From contig JBHLOI010000051.1 of the NCBI GenBank assembly GCA_048940645.1, positions 1 through 23,501 of the forward strand: 23,501 nt of DNA. The letters are read 5' to 3'. Below the pieces are notes generated by a model. That model ran no database searches and was not told the origin of the DNA. It worked only from the letters and a program-made list of their open reading frames with translations. The stretch is from Promethearchaeota archaeon (GTDB lineage Archaea > Asgardarchaeota > Lokiarchaeia > Sigyniarchaeales > SOKP01). Positions 8,757 to 17,719 of this stretch are shown piece by piece; position 1 is the first letter of the stretch, and every line of letters begins with the position of its first letter. The position numbers and the translations under genes are program-made.

Positions 8757-9251
8757 ATGTCTATTAATGTAATACTATATGGGGATTTGAAACATAAGGA
8801 GCAGCAAAAGACTAATAAAGACATCAATCCTTTAACAATTAATATTTCAAATAACAAAATAAATACTGTATATGATCTTTTAGAAAGGTTTAACATAGAA
8901 GAGAATGAAGTAAGCCATATCTTCGTAAATCATAATTATTGTGGTCCTGGAAAAGAAATTAAAGAAGGAGACCGAATTGCCTTATTTCCAAAAAGAATGG
9001 CTTTAATGTTTGTAGAAATTCCTCAATCAAATTCAATTGAGGTTAGAGTTAAGCTTTCGGATGATTTAAGAAAATATGGCCCCGAGGAGTCAATCATAGC
9101 CATACCAGAGGGTAGCAACCTAATAACAATATTTAAAAAGTACAATATCACTAATAGAGAAAGAGATTTAACAATATTGATAAATGGAATTATTTGTCAT
9201 GACAAAAAAGTTATTTTAAAAAGTGGAGATGTGGTTGTATTTAAAATATAA
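8757..9251 (+). CDS. Tandem MoaD/ThiS-like (beta-grasp) two-domain protein lacking C-terminal Gly-Gly
   Basis: Two repeats: INVILYGDLK...TVYDLLERF...IFVN...IKEGDRIALFP and VRVKLSDDLR...NLITIFKKY...ILING...LKSGDVVVF. Confidence 0.8.
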   Translation: MSINVILYGDLKHKEQQKTNKDINPLTINISNNKINTVYDLLERFNIEENEVSHIFVNHNYCGPGKEIKEGDRIALFPKRMALMFVEIPQSNSIEVRVKLSDDLRKYGPEESIIAIPEGSNLITIFKKYNITNRERDLTILINGIICHDKKVILKSGDVVVFKI

Positions 9252-9352
9252 TTCTTCTTCTTTTGAGATTTTTTAGAATTTATCAAAACATAATTTAATT
9301 TGATTCACTTTTCCAAAGCTATTTTTGAGATAGTAATTTAAATTAGATTAGG

Positions 9353-10435
9353 ATGATTTTTAACTTCTTTACCTTATCTATTACTTTTTTATTTATTTTA
9401 AATGGTTTTGCTCAGTTATATTATGCAATTAAGTTAAGAAAAAAATTTTCGGAGAAACATAATATAATTAATTCATTACTAGTAGTTTTGCTTTGGATTC
9501 TTGCGGGAATATTATATCCCTTTTTTTATATAAGAGACAATTTTCATACCAGATGGTTTCAATCATTATCAATGCAAATAGTATGCATATATGCCCCACT
9601 TCTTATTTTTTTTATATTATTTTACCAACATCGATTCGTTATTAAGAATAACAAGGAAGTTAAAAATGAAAGGACAATTGAAAATTTCTTAGAAAAAATG
9701 GATTCTGTTTATAAAAGTAAATCTGAAAATAAGAATTATCCATTAATCACCGATTTACATAGGAAAGCTTTTCATTTGATACCCGTTGTGGTAATTATTT
9801 TTCTGTGGTTATTTGCTGTTAAAATATGGGACGGAATATGGGACGCAGACCTTTTCTGGGGCATAACCGGAGAGGAATATGCCATTTTTTTGATTTTAAC
9901 TGTCGGATACACGGGAATATTGATATTTGCAGCATTAGATTACGTGCGTTTATCCTACATATTTGAAGATAGGAATATTTACCATTTAATGCCAAAATCT
10001 ATTTCTAATATCTTGACAAAAACATTAAAACCCAATGAAATATATGAATTTACTAAACCTGTAGCTTTAGTTTTATCTTTTGTCCCAATATTTTTCTTAC
10101 CTTTTAGTATTTTTACTGCTACAGCATTAATTTCTACTTTAGGTGATGGCGCAGCTTCTATTTTTGGGATTCGTTTTGGAAAGAAAACCTTTCCTAAAGG
10201 AAGTAAAAAAACCATAATCGGATATTTGGCTGGCTTTTTATCATCTTTATGTTGTTCTATTATTGTATTTTTAATTTTTGAGCCTTTTATACCTATAATT
10301 AAGCTAAGTATTATTTCAGTAAGCGGAGCTTTAATATTTCTTATTATTGACTTGCTAAATTTAAAAATAGATGATAATATTACCAATCCAATATTTTGTG
10401 GATTAATAATGTTCTTAGGTTATCTATATATTTAG
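9353..10435 (+). CDS. CTP-dependent polyprenol/diacylglycerol kinase family membrane protein (Sec59/Dgk1/phytol kinase-like)
   Basis: Multi-TM; RKAFH, LDYVR, GDGAASIFGIRFGK, KKTIIG and IDDN motifs; extra N-terminal ~3-TM region. Confidence 0.85.
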   Translation: MIFNFFTLSITFLFILNGFAQLYYAIKLRKKFSEKHNIINSLLVVLLWILAGILYPFFYIRDNFHTRWFQSLSMQIVCIYAPLLIFFILFYQHRFVIKNNKEVKNERTIENFLEKMDSVYKSKSENKNYPLITDLHRKAFHLIPVVVIIFLWLFAVKIWDGIWDADLFWGITGEEYAIFLILTVGYTGILIFAALDYVRLSYIFEDRNIYHLMPKSISNILTKTLKPNEIYEFTKPVALVLSFVPIFFLPFSIFTATALISTLGDGAASIFGIRFGKKTFPKGSKKTIIGYLAGFLSSLCCSIIVFLIFEPFIPIIKLSIISVSGALIFLIIDLLNLKIDDNITNPIFCGLIMFLGYLYI

Positions 10436-10459
10436 ACTTCATCGTTAGAATTTAATAGG

Positions 10460-13417
10460 CTAAAAAAAAGCATCTAATTTCTTAGTTTCAATCTCTTTTT
10501 TTGGTCTTTTTTGATACCCTTTATATATAATCTCTTCAAATTCAATATTTAAAGCGTCTAATACCTGTTCTAGTGCCGATTGTAAAAGATCTCTATATTT
10601 TGAGACATCTAAATCCTGAAATTTTGCCAATTCCAGAACCTTCGCTCCAATCTTGTCATTGCTTTTAATAAAACTTATTGTTTCCCCTTTTTGATATTTT
10701 TTTCCAGTAGCTTTCTGATGTTCTTTAGCGGCTCTAACATGTTGAGGAATTACCTTATCATATCTACTAATATCTTTCTGTATACTAATATTTATAGTGT
10801 AATCTTCTAAGTTAAAAGCATCAGGATTGCCTATTTTATTTCTATTATCTTTTATAATTTCAATGATTCTCTTTCTTGCTTTCTTGAATTCCCGATCATC
10901 AGTAACATTTTTTAAGATATCTAAGATTTCATTAAAAACCTTTTTGATAAACTCCGGAGTATTTTTCTTTTTAGCCACTAATCCTTTTATGTCAACAAAT
11001 TTCGTATCCTTGTATATACCAACATAATTCTTTTTCCTTTGAGAAAGAGCTAAAAATTGATATGTTTTTTCCTCCTCTAAATCTAAATCTAATTCTTTTT
11101 TACTCCATTCAGCTATTTCCTTCATTTGTTGTTTTGTTGGGTTCGCTAAAAATACCGAATCTGTATCACCATATAATACTTTTACACCTAATTTCTCTGC
11201 TTTTTTAATAGTTTGTTTGATTGAATATTGTCCTATTCCAGTAGTACTTTCAGCAACAGGTAAACAAAACAATGGAAAGTTTTGACTACCAAAAACTCCA
11301 TATGACCCATTTATAAATACTTTAAGAGCTTGTTGAATTGTTTGATAATAGCTCCTCTGTTTTGAGGAAATATTGTCATCACTTGATTTAGGTTTGAAAT
11401 ATTTTACTCTAATATCTCGGAAAAACCCTACAACATACGCAAATATTCCCTTCTTATGTGTGCATATATGATATGGGGTTCCTTTTACCAAATTTTTTTT
11501 ATCATCTTCATGAGGACATAATACAGTTTCATAAGAAAGATTAGATTCTTTAATAATAGAAGGATAAAGGCTGGCGAAATCCATCACTACAACATTATAA
11601 TGGATACCCGGTACAGGTGGAACAACATAAGCACCTAAAAACTTCTCCTCATCGAATTTAGACATTAATTCCCCTCCTTTTTTTAACTCTGAGATTTCTG
11701 ATCGCCTTGGAATAAGATATTGCTTTCTACGATGTTCAAAATAAAAAATACTCTGGATCCACGTTGAAATTTGACGTCTAACCATTTCATGAATCGGTAA
11801 TTTCGTTATTCTGCATAATAAAATGATTAAATTCCATACTAATGAATTATTAAACTGTGTTAATTCTAAGGTTAAGATTGAATCCTTTAGATTGTACCAA
11901 GTAAGGATATCATATTCCATTTGATAAATTTCTTCTTCATGCTCGTATTTTTTTCTACCTAATAATGCTGCGCTTATCGCATTTAGGGAAGCATTTTCAT
12001 ATGCTCCTCCAAATGCATACCCAGAAATACTTCTATTAAAGAAAAAGTTAAATAGATCAACATGGACTCCTTTTCTGAGATCGCAATCTGATTTTGAAAG
12101 TAATCCATATCCTCTTTTTACATGTATAGGATTTAAATCTCTATCAATTTTTAATTTGTCCGCTCGATGAGACATATAATTCAGATCAAAATTATCTCCA
12201 TTAAAGGTAATTACAACCGGATACTCCCATAAAATCCTAAAAGTCTCCTTTATTAGCTCTTTTTCATCTTTAAAATAGAAAAGTTGGGCATCAGAAGGAA
12301 AATCTTTATGTACTTTCCGATATGAGAAGCCTTCCCTCTCTAAAACATAAACCAACTTTAATCCATCATTAGAGACAAATGAAACACTAATTATCTCTTG
12401 TTTTGCGAGTTGGGGATCAGGTATAATAAAATCTTCTGGTCCTAAATTTACTTCAATGTCCATTGCTAAACGTTTCACATCGGGTATTGGTGTGAGGAAA
12501 ATATTTAAAAATTTCTCAGAAAATTCTTGTATCTCTGGAGATTCATCTTTAAAGACATTTCTGAGCTCGTTAGCCATTTTTTTTGATTCTTCTGAATCTT
12601 CTTCAAAACTTATTTTCTCAATTTTTCCATTCTTAATTTTATAAATTAGTCCAGGAATTAATTGTATATCATAAATATAATTCAAATGGTATCTAATATC
12701 TGCCTCCCAGGCTTTAATATTATTTTTACCTAAAATATTTTTTATATTTAAGCCTGAACCGCCAATATTTGTAGGAGTTTTACCATAGACTTTTGAAATC
12801 TCGATTTCTTTATCATTGATCAAATCATATCGCTTTATTTCCTCAAATCGCTTAAACCCGTCGTACTCCGTTATTTTCTTTTGTATTACATGCTCATTAA
12901 TTCTTTCTTCATAGTATAAGCTTTTTAATTCCGATATTGGTTCCTTACTTAAACAATATGGTTCATGGCCAGTTGTATCAATCCAGATCTTTATTTCATC
13001 TGAATCTAAATCATAAAATTTACAATAAGCTTTATTTTGCCCACCATCATAATCAACATCAAGTAATAATCCTCTTTCTAGATTTTGAATAAGTTCTCCT
13101 TTTTTAATCAGAAAGCGTATATATTTTGAGGAAACTGATTCACGAAGTACTTTTTCCAATTTTATATTACCCTTTTTCAAGCCAAAGGGCTCAGGATTTC
13201 CTTTAAAGAATAATTTCTGAGGAATTGATTTTAATTGAGACTCTTCTATTAATATCTCTTCTTCTTCAATATCATCTTTTTCAATTATTTTTTCTTCTAA
13301 TAAGTCTTGTTCATTAGTTCCTTTTACTACCTTCGGTTTGTCATCAACAAATGAAATAAGAGACTTTTGCTTTTGATCTGGGTTTCTCTCCTTATCAGAT
13401 TTTTTCGAGCTTGGCAA
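10460..13417 (-). CDS. polB1: Family B DNA polymerase, PolB1 (Dpo1-like) type
   Basis: Exonuclease motifs DIEV, FNGDNFD, YNLKD; polymerase motifs DFASLYPSII, KVFINGSYG, YGDTDS, KKNY. N-terminal LLDVDYDG...DTTGHEPY is typical of PolB1. C-terminal PIP-like KKLDAFF. Confidence 0.93.
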   Translation of the reverse strand: MPSSKKSDKERNPDQKQKSLISFVDDKPKVVKGTNEQDLLEEKIIEKDDIEEEEILIEESQLKSIPQKLFFKGNPEPFGLKKGNIKLEKVLRESVSSKYIRFLIKKGELIQNLERGLLLDVDYDGGQNKAYCKFYDLDSDEIKIWIDTTGHEPYCLSKEPISELKSLYYEERINEHVIQKKITEYDGFKRFEEIKRYDLINDKEIEISKVYGKTPTNIGGSGLNIKNILGKNNIKAWEADIRYHLNYIYDIQLIPGLIYKIKNGKIEKISFEEDSEESKKMANELRNVFKDESPEIQEFSEKFLNIFLTPIPDVKRLAMDIEVNLGPEDFIIPDPQLAKQEIISVSFVSNDGLKLVYVLEREGFSYRKVHKDFPSDAQLFYFKDEKELIKETFRILWEYPVVITFNGDNFDLNYMSHRADKLKIDRDLNPIHVKRGYGLLSKSDCDLRKGVHVDLFNFFFNRSISGYAFGGAYENASLNAISAALLGRKKYEHEEEIYQMEYDILTWYNLKDSILTLELTQFNNSLVWNLIILLCRITKLPIHEMVRRQISTWIQSIFYFEHRRKQYLIPRRSEISELKKGGELMSKFDEEKFLGAYVVPPVPGIHYNVVVMDFASLYPSIIKESNLSYETVLCPHEDDKKNLVKGTPYHICTHKKGIFAYVVGFFRDIRVKYFKPKSSDDNISSKQRSYYQTIQQALKVFINGSYGVFGSQNFPLFCLPVAESTTGIGQYSIKQTIKKAEKLGVKVLYGDTDSVFLANPTKQQMKEIAEWSKKELDLDLEEEKTYQFLALSQRKKNYVGIYKDTKFVDIKGLVAKKKNTPEFIKKVFNEILDILKNVTDDREFKKARKRIIEIIKDNRNKIGNPDAFNLEDYTINISIQKDISRYDKVIPQHVRAAKEHQKATGKKYQKGETISFIKSNDKIGAKVLELAKFQDLDVSKYRDLLQSALEQVLDALNIEFEEIIYKGYQKRPKKEIETKKLDAFF

Positions 13418-13632
13418 AATAATTACCTTTTAAAAATTAAATTTAACTTTCTAATTAATAATATTATAATATTCATTATAATCTCAACTATTTCTAATTT
13501 AATAACCATATATAAGGATAAGGACTAATGAAAACTATAAATAAAGTGAATAATATTCAAAGAAATTCTAATTAATAACATTGATGTAACTAATTTATTG
13601 AAAAATAAGAAGCATTATTTTATCTTTGAAAT

Positions 13633-13980
13633 TTAATGACTTCTTCTATTTTCTTTAATAATCTTCTTAATTTCTTCTAAAAGGAGTTGTTTTTCGGCAA
13701 TAAACCAATGCAACTTTGATTTTTCAGGGTGTTCTTGATGGATAGTTTCAGCAAGCTTTCTAATCTCTTCCTCAGGGGGTTTAATAACCTCTCCATTTAC
13801 ATCATCCCTAATTAACAAAACTAAATTATCAGTTTCGAGGGGTTTAATATCAAATCCATTCTTTACATTTTTATTTATTGTAACACATAATTCGGCAAGA
13901 AACCAAACACTTTTTTCATAACTTTCACGTGATTTATATCTTTGAAACGCCAATACTTCTACATCTTCTTTTGTGAACAA
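13633..13980 (-). CDS. Hypothetical protein with two DUF2934-like helical repeats
   Basis: Repeats EDVEVLA-x14-WFLAE and EEIRKLA-x14-WFIAE; TTG start with upstream AAGGAG. Confidence 0.75.
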   Translation of the reverse strand: MFTKEDVEVLAFQRYKSRESYEKSVWFLAELCVTINKNVKNGFDIKPLETDNLVLLIRDDVNGEVIKPPEEEIRKLAETIHQEHPEKSKLHWFIAEKQLLLEEIKKIIKENRRSH

Positions 13981-14149
13981 CTTTTTTTAAACAACTCCTT
14001 CATTAAATAATTTAAACGTTAATCTTATTATCAAAAAAGAAAGTTTTACATTTAATTATTTGTATTGAGATTTATAAGCTGTTAAAACCACAAAATTAAA
14101 AATTCATTGTATTTTATTAGTATTATTAGACCATAAAATTTCAAATTTA

Positions 14150-14280
14150 GCCTCCGTGGCTTAGTGGTAGAGCAGCAGACTGTGAATGATTAAAGCTTTC
14201 TCTCTGCACTTGTAATCTGCCGGTCGTGGGTTCAAGTATTCGGAGCATTTGGTTCTGAATTGAAATTCCCACCGGGGGCT
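14150..14280 (+). tRNA. tRNA-Thr(UGU) with two non-canonical introns (32/33: 14181-14209; 59/60: 14237-14266)
   Basis: Acceptor GCCTCCG/CGGGGGC, discriminator U, D-arm GCTT/GAGC, anticodon stem GCAGA/TCTGC with spliced loop CT-TGT-AA, T-stem GTGGG/CCCAC with spliced loop TTCAAGT. Both introns form BHB motifs (central helices GCAG/CTGC and TTCA/TGAA). CCA is not encoded. Confidence 0.9.
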
Positions 14281-14387
14281 TATTAATTTATTACCCTTTC
14301 TAGCCACATATTTTAAAGAAAGCCTTAAATCAAGTAACATTATAAATCTTTAAGTTGATATTTTGATCAAATCATTAAATCTCTAAA

Positions 14388-15971
14388 ATGAACAAAATTA
14401 ACCGAATTATCTTATGCATTATTGATGATGTAAATTCAGAGCATTTTTTTAATTTAATAAATAAAGGTCGTCTTCCAAATTTTCAAAAATTAATGAAAAA
14501 TGGGATTTTTTCAATAAATTGCATTACTGACTTTCCAGCAATAACATTTCCAACACAAGTCTCGATAATTACTGGCACATATACAGGTGATTATCGAAAT
14601 GAATTATGTCACGGTGTTCCTATGTATGATTGGATGGAAAGAAGTGTCTCCCCTCCGATATTACGTTCATATAGCACTTATGGTTCTGATGAACGTATTC
14701 AAATTTATAAAATAAATGAAGATATTGGAAATAATTGTAAAACGTTGCTTGAAATGGTCGGTGAGGGAAATACTACTAGTATAGCTCAATTTATCAATAG
14801 GGGTAACAAATATTTCTTCCCAGAAAGAAAAACTAAACTTATTATGTATTATCTCTTCATAAAGTATTACAAAAGCATTAAACAAATGATCATACGAGCA
14901 AATTCTGTTATTGTAAAGAAACTTTTACAAACTTTTAAAAATCCAAGCAAGTTTTTTGAAAATCAAGAACCTCCAATTGCCTCACTTTTGTGGTTTGTCA
15001 CCTCTGATTTATTAATGCATGTTTTTGGTTATGATTCAAATATTTATGAGTTAAATCTTCGACACATTGACAAAGTAATTGGATATTTGATTGAAGAACT
15101 TGATAAATTAGGATATTTGGATGATACAGTATTAACTATAACGTCTGATCACGGTAATTATAAGGCAAATAAGATTGGAAATATGGATTTATTTCTTACT
15201 AGTAAAGGATTAACGCAATATCATACTCATAAGAATATTAAAGGAAATATGGATTTAGCCGAATTTGGAGGATTAGGTTTTTTTTATTTTAAATCGAATA
15301 AGACCTATTCAAAAGTAGTTTGGAAGAATCCAACGTTGGAGAGCCTTAAAGCATATGGTCCAAAGAAGGTAAATTTGTTTCAAGAATTATTTAAGATTAA
15401 TGGTACTGAATTGATGTATTATGGAGATGATGAAAATTCAACAGATAAAGGCAAAATTTATTTAAAGAGGAAAATCCCAGGAACAAATAAAATTGAATCT
15501 GGATTCATTGAATATCGGGGAAATTCTAAAGAAGTTAAAACAAAATATATCTCTGAAAATCAAACCAATGACATTTTTGGATATTCTGATGATAGTCTCG
15601 CTGTCAAATTGTTGGATAATAAATATCATTCAATTGAAGAATGGTTAGAGGCTACATACCAAGTTAACTATCCGTTATATCCGGATCTATTAGTAAGGCA
15701 TTTTAAAAATCCCCGAAGTGCTGATATTATCGTTAGCACTAAAGGTAAAACCGCTTATAATATTAGGCATGGTCGAGAGAGACGTAGCAGTTATTATTTA
15801 CATGACATTGGTTTAAGGAGGAGCGCTGTCGTACCTCTAATAATAGCAGGATCTAATGATATCCCGCAAAAAGCAGTATCTCATTGTAAAATAACTGATA
15901 TTGTACCTACATTATTAAAAATGTTAGGAAAATCTCCTCATAAAAGTGTTATAGGAAAAACTCTAATTTAA
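14388..15971 (+). CDS. Alkaline phosphatase superfamily, nucleotide pyrophosphatase/phosphodiesterase type
   Basis: IIDD metal Asp, LPNFQKL..NG, FPAITFP (Thr nucleophile) ...ITG, DLLMH, TSDHG, LHD, DIVPTLL. No signal peptide. Confidence 0.88.
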   Translation: MNKINRIILCIIDDVNSEHFFNLINKGRLPNFQKLMKNGIFSINCITDFPAITFPTQVSIITGTYTGDYRNELCHGVPMYDWMERSVSPPILRSYSTYGSDERIQIYKINEDIGNNCKTLLEMVGEGNTTSIAQFINRGNKYFFPERKTKLIMYYLFIKYYKSIKQMIIRANSVIVKKLLQTFKNPSKFFENQEPPIASLLWFVTSDLLMHVFGYDSNIYELNLRHIDKVIGYLIEELDKLGYLDDTVLTITSDHGNYKANKIGNMDLFLTSKGLTQYHTHKNIKGNMDLAEFGGLGFFYFKSNKTYSKVVWKNPTLESLKAYGPKKVNLFQELFKINGTELMYYGDDENSTDKGKIYLKRKIPGTNKIESGFIEYRGNSKEVKTKYISENQTNDIFGYSDDSLAVKLLDNKYHSIEEWLEATYQVNYPLYPDLLVRHFKNPRSADIIVSTKGKTAYNIRHGRERRSSYYLHDIGLRRSAVVPLIIAGSNDIPQKAVSHCKITDIVPTLLKMLGKSPHKSVIGKTLI

Positions 15972-16026
15972 TAACTATCTGAAATTATGTATTCTAACCT
16001 ATAAGCTTAAAAAAGATAAGCTAACA

Positions 16027-16983
16027 TTGAACAACGAAATTTTAATTACTGGTACAGACGGATTTATCGGTTCATATTTAAAGAATTATTTTTTAGAAAA
16101 TCAATATAGGGTATATGGGACTGTCTACAATTTAAGAGAATCTAATGAATATGAAATAAAAATTGACTTTCGAAAAAAGCAAGATTTCGAAAAGTTACCA
16201 AATAAAACTTTTGATATTATTATACATACTGTTGGAATAGTAGATCAAACTGTTCCAAAAAAGTTAATAATGTCCGTTAATGCTAAAGGCACAAAACTTA
16301 TTTGTAATTGGGCTGTAAAGCATAAATGTAAACATTTTGTATTTATCAGCTCTGTTTCTGCGTATGGTTATAAAGTATTAGGGGAAAATCGTTCTGAAAA
16401 GAAAACAAGGAGGACCTTGGGGATTTTAAGTCTACCTTATATGAAATCCAAAGCAAAAGCAGAACGATACATTGAAAAAAGTGGGTTATATTATACTATA
16501 TTAAGACTTCCTCCTGTTATAGGTAAAGGTGATACTTATCTCTCTCCCGCAATTATTCCTAAACTACTTCAAGGCGCCTTTTTCTTTTGTGGTAAAAGGG
16601 ATCGAAAATTTTCTACTCTTAATATAAAAAATCTAGGTCCAATTCTTACCAAAATAATCCAAGATGATCCAGATTGTGAGGTATTTAATTGTACTGATTT
16701 CGAAATTACTTGGAGTGAATTAATAGAAGAATATGCAAAACAGTTAGAGATTGACTTAGTTAAACAATATAAACCTTTATTGAGCTGCTTGAAAAGGTGG
16801 AGTGATAAACAATATTTATTAATATTAGGTTTTGCTCGATTTGGATGTCATTATTCAAATGAAAAATTAATAAATAGATATAGCTTTAACCCTATATACT
16901 CATGGAAAGACGGAATAAAAGAAGCAGTTGATGATTATAAAATTAAAAAAGAAGATTGGAAAAAAAATTCTGTGATATTGTAA
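16027..16983 (+). CDS. NAD-dependent epimerase/dehydratase (extended SDR)
   Basis: ITGTDGFIG, NAKGT, FISSVSAYG, YMKSK, LRLP. Confidence 0.9.
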   Translation: MNNEILITGTDGFIGSYLKNYFLENQYRVYGTVYNLRESNEYEIKIDFRKKQDFEKLPNKTFDIIIHTVGIVDQTVPKKLIMSVNAKGTKLICNWAVKHKCKHFVFISSVSAYGYKVLGENRSEKKTRRTLGILSLPYMKSKAKAERYIEKSGLYYTILRLPPVIGKGDTYLSPAIIPKLLQGAFFFCGKRDRKFSTLNIKNLGPILTKIIQDDPDCEVFNCTDFEITWSELIEEYAKQLEIDLVKQYKPLLSCLKRWSDKQYLLILGFARFGCHYSNEKLINRYSFNPIYSWKDGIKEAVDDYKIKKEDWKKNSVIL

Positions 16984-17096
16984 TTAACTAAAAACTAATG
17001 ATTATAAAGACATAATTATATTATTAATATTGTTTCAATAAGCTAGTTTACTTAATTTAGCTTCAATTTCTTAACAAAGGGACTGGTATTTTAATA

Positions 17097-17708
17097 ATGG
17101 TTGAGTTGAATAAATTCATAGAAGAGTTAAAGAGTTCACGAAATATTATTCGAATAACGGTAGTAGGCGATGGTGCGGTAGGAAAAACAACTTTAGTCCG
17201 AGCACTTCTTCGAAAAACTAGAAGTTGTTCTGAAAATCATTCAAGTATTAATTTAATAGAGGAACAAAAAATTAAGCGTACACCCTTCATAGAGATAGAA
17301 TCCTGGACATACAAAGATTTATTAATTCAGTGTTATGATTTAGCAGGCCAAAGAATTCCAGGCGCTCATCCTTTAGATATTCTAAAAAGTCAAGTTATTA
17401 GTTCAATAGATGTTTTCATTTTTGTTTTCTCAGTTGATAGATATAAATCTTTTGAAAACCTTAATAATTGGAGGACTTTGATGAATTTAAATAACATGAG
17501 AAAAAGTAATAATGGATTAATTCTAGTTGGAAATAAAATAGATTTAGAGAGGAATGTATCAAGAGGATTAGTACAATTAATTGTTGGGGAAGACAGATAT
17601 TTTCCTTCATATGTTGAAACAAGTGCAACAAAAGAAATTGGAATTGAAGAATTATTAGATGAAATCGTTAAAGTTGGAAAAAAAATATTAACCTTTTACA
17701 GCTCTTAA
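17097..17708 (+). CDS. Ras/Rab-superfamily small GTPase (eukaryotic signature protein)
   Basis: G1 GDGAVGKT, G2 Thr (KRTPF), G3 DLAGQ, G4 NKID, G5 ETSA; SFENLNNW helix. No CAAX tail. Confidence 0.93.
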   Translation: MVELNKFIEELKSSRNIIRITVVGDGAVGKTTLVRALLRKTRSCSENHSSINLIEEQKIKRTPFIEIESWTYKDLLIQCYDLAGQRIPGAHPLDILKSQVISSIDVFIFVFSVDRYKSFENLNNWRTLMNLNNMRKSNNGLILVGNKIDLERNVSRGLVQLIVGEDRYFPSYVETSATKEIGIEELLDEIVKVGKKILTFYSS

Positions 17709-17719
17709 TTGATTATTGT

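Noticed and set aside
10460-13417. PolB as a mobile-element (casposon/viral) polymerase or intein host
   Set aside because: It has cellular PolB1 signatures, no protein-primed features, no cas1 or terminal repeats nearby, and uninterrupted catalytic motifs.
14150-14280. Calling the tRNA as His(GUG) with a canonical 37/38 intron
   Set aside because: The required central helix CTGT/CTTG has two mismatches, whereas the Thr junction gives a perfect GCAG/CTGC helix. The discriminator is U, not C, and no G-1 is encoded.
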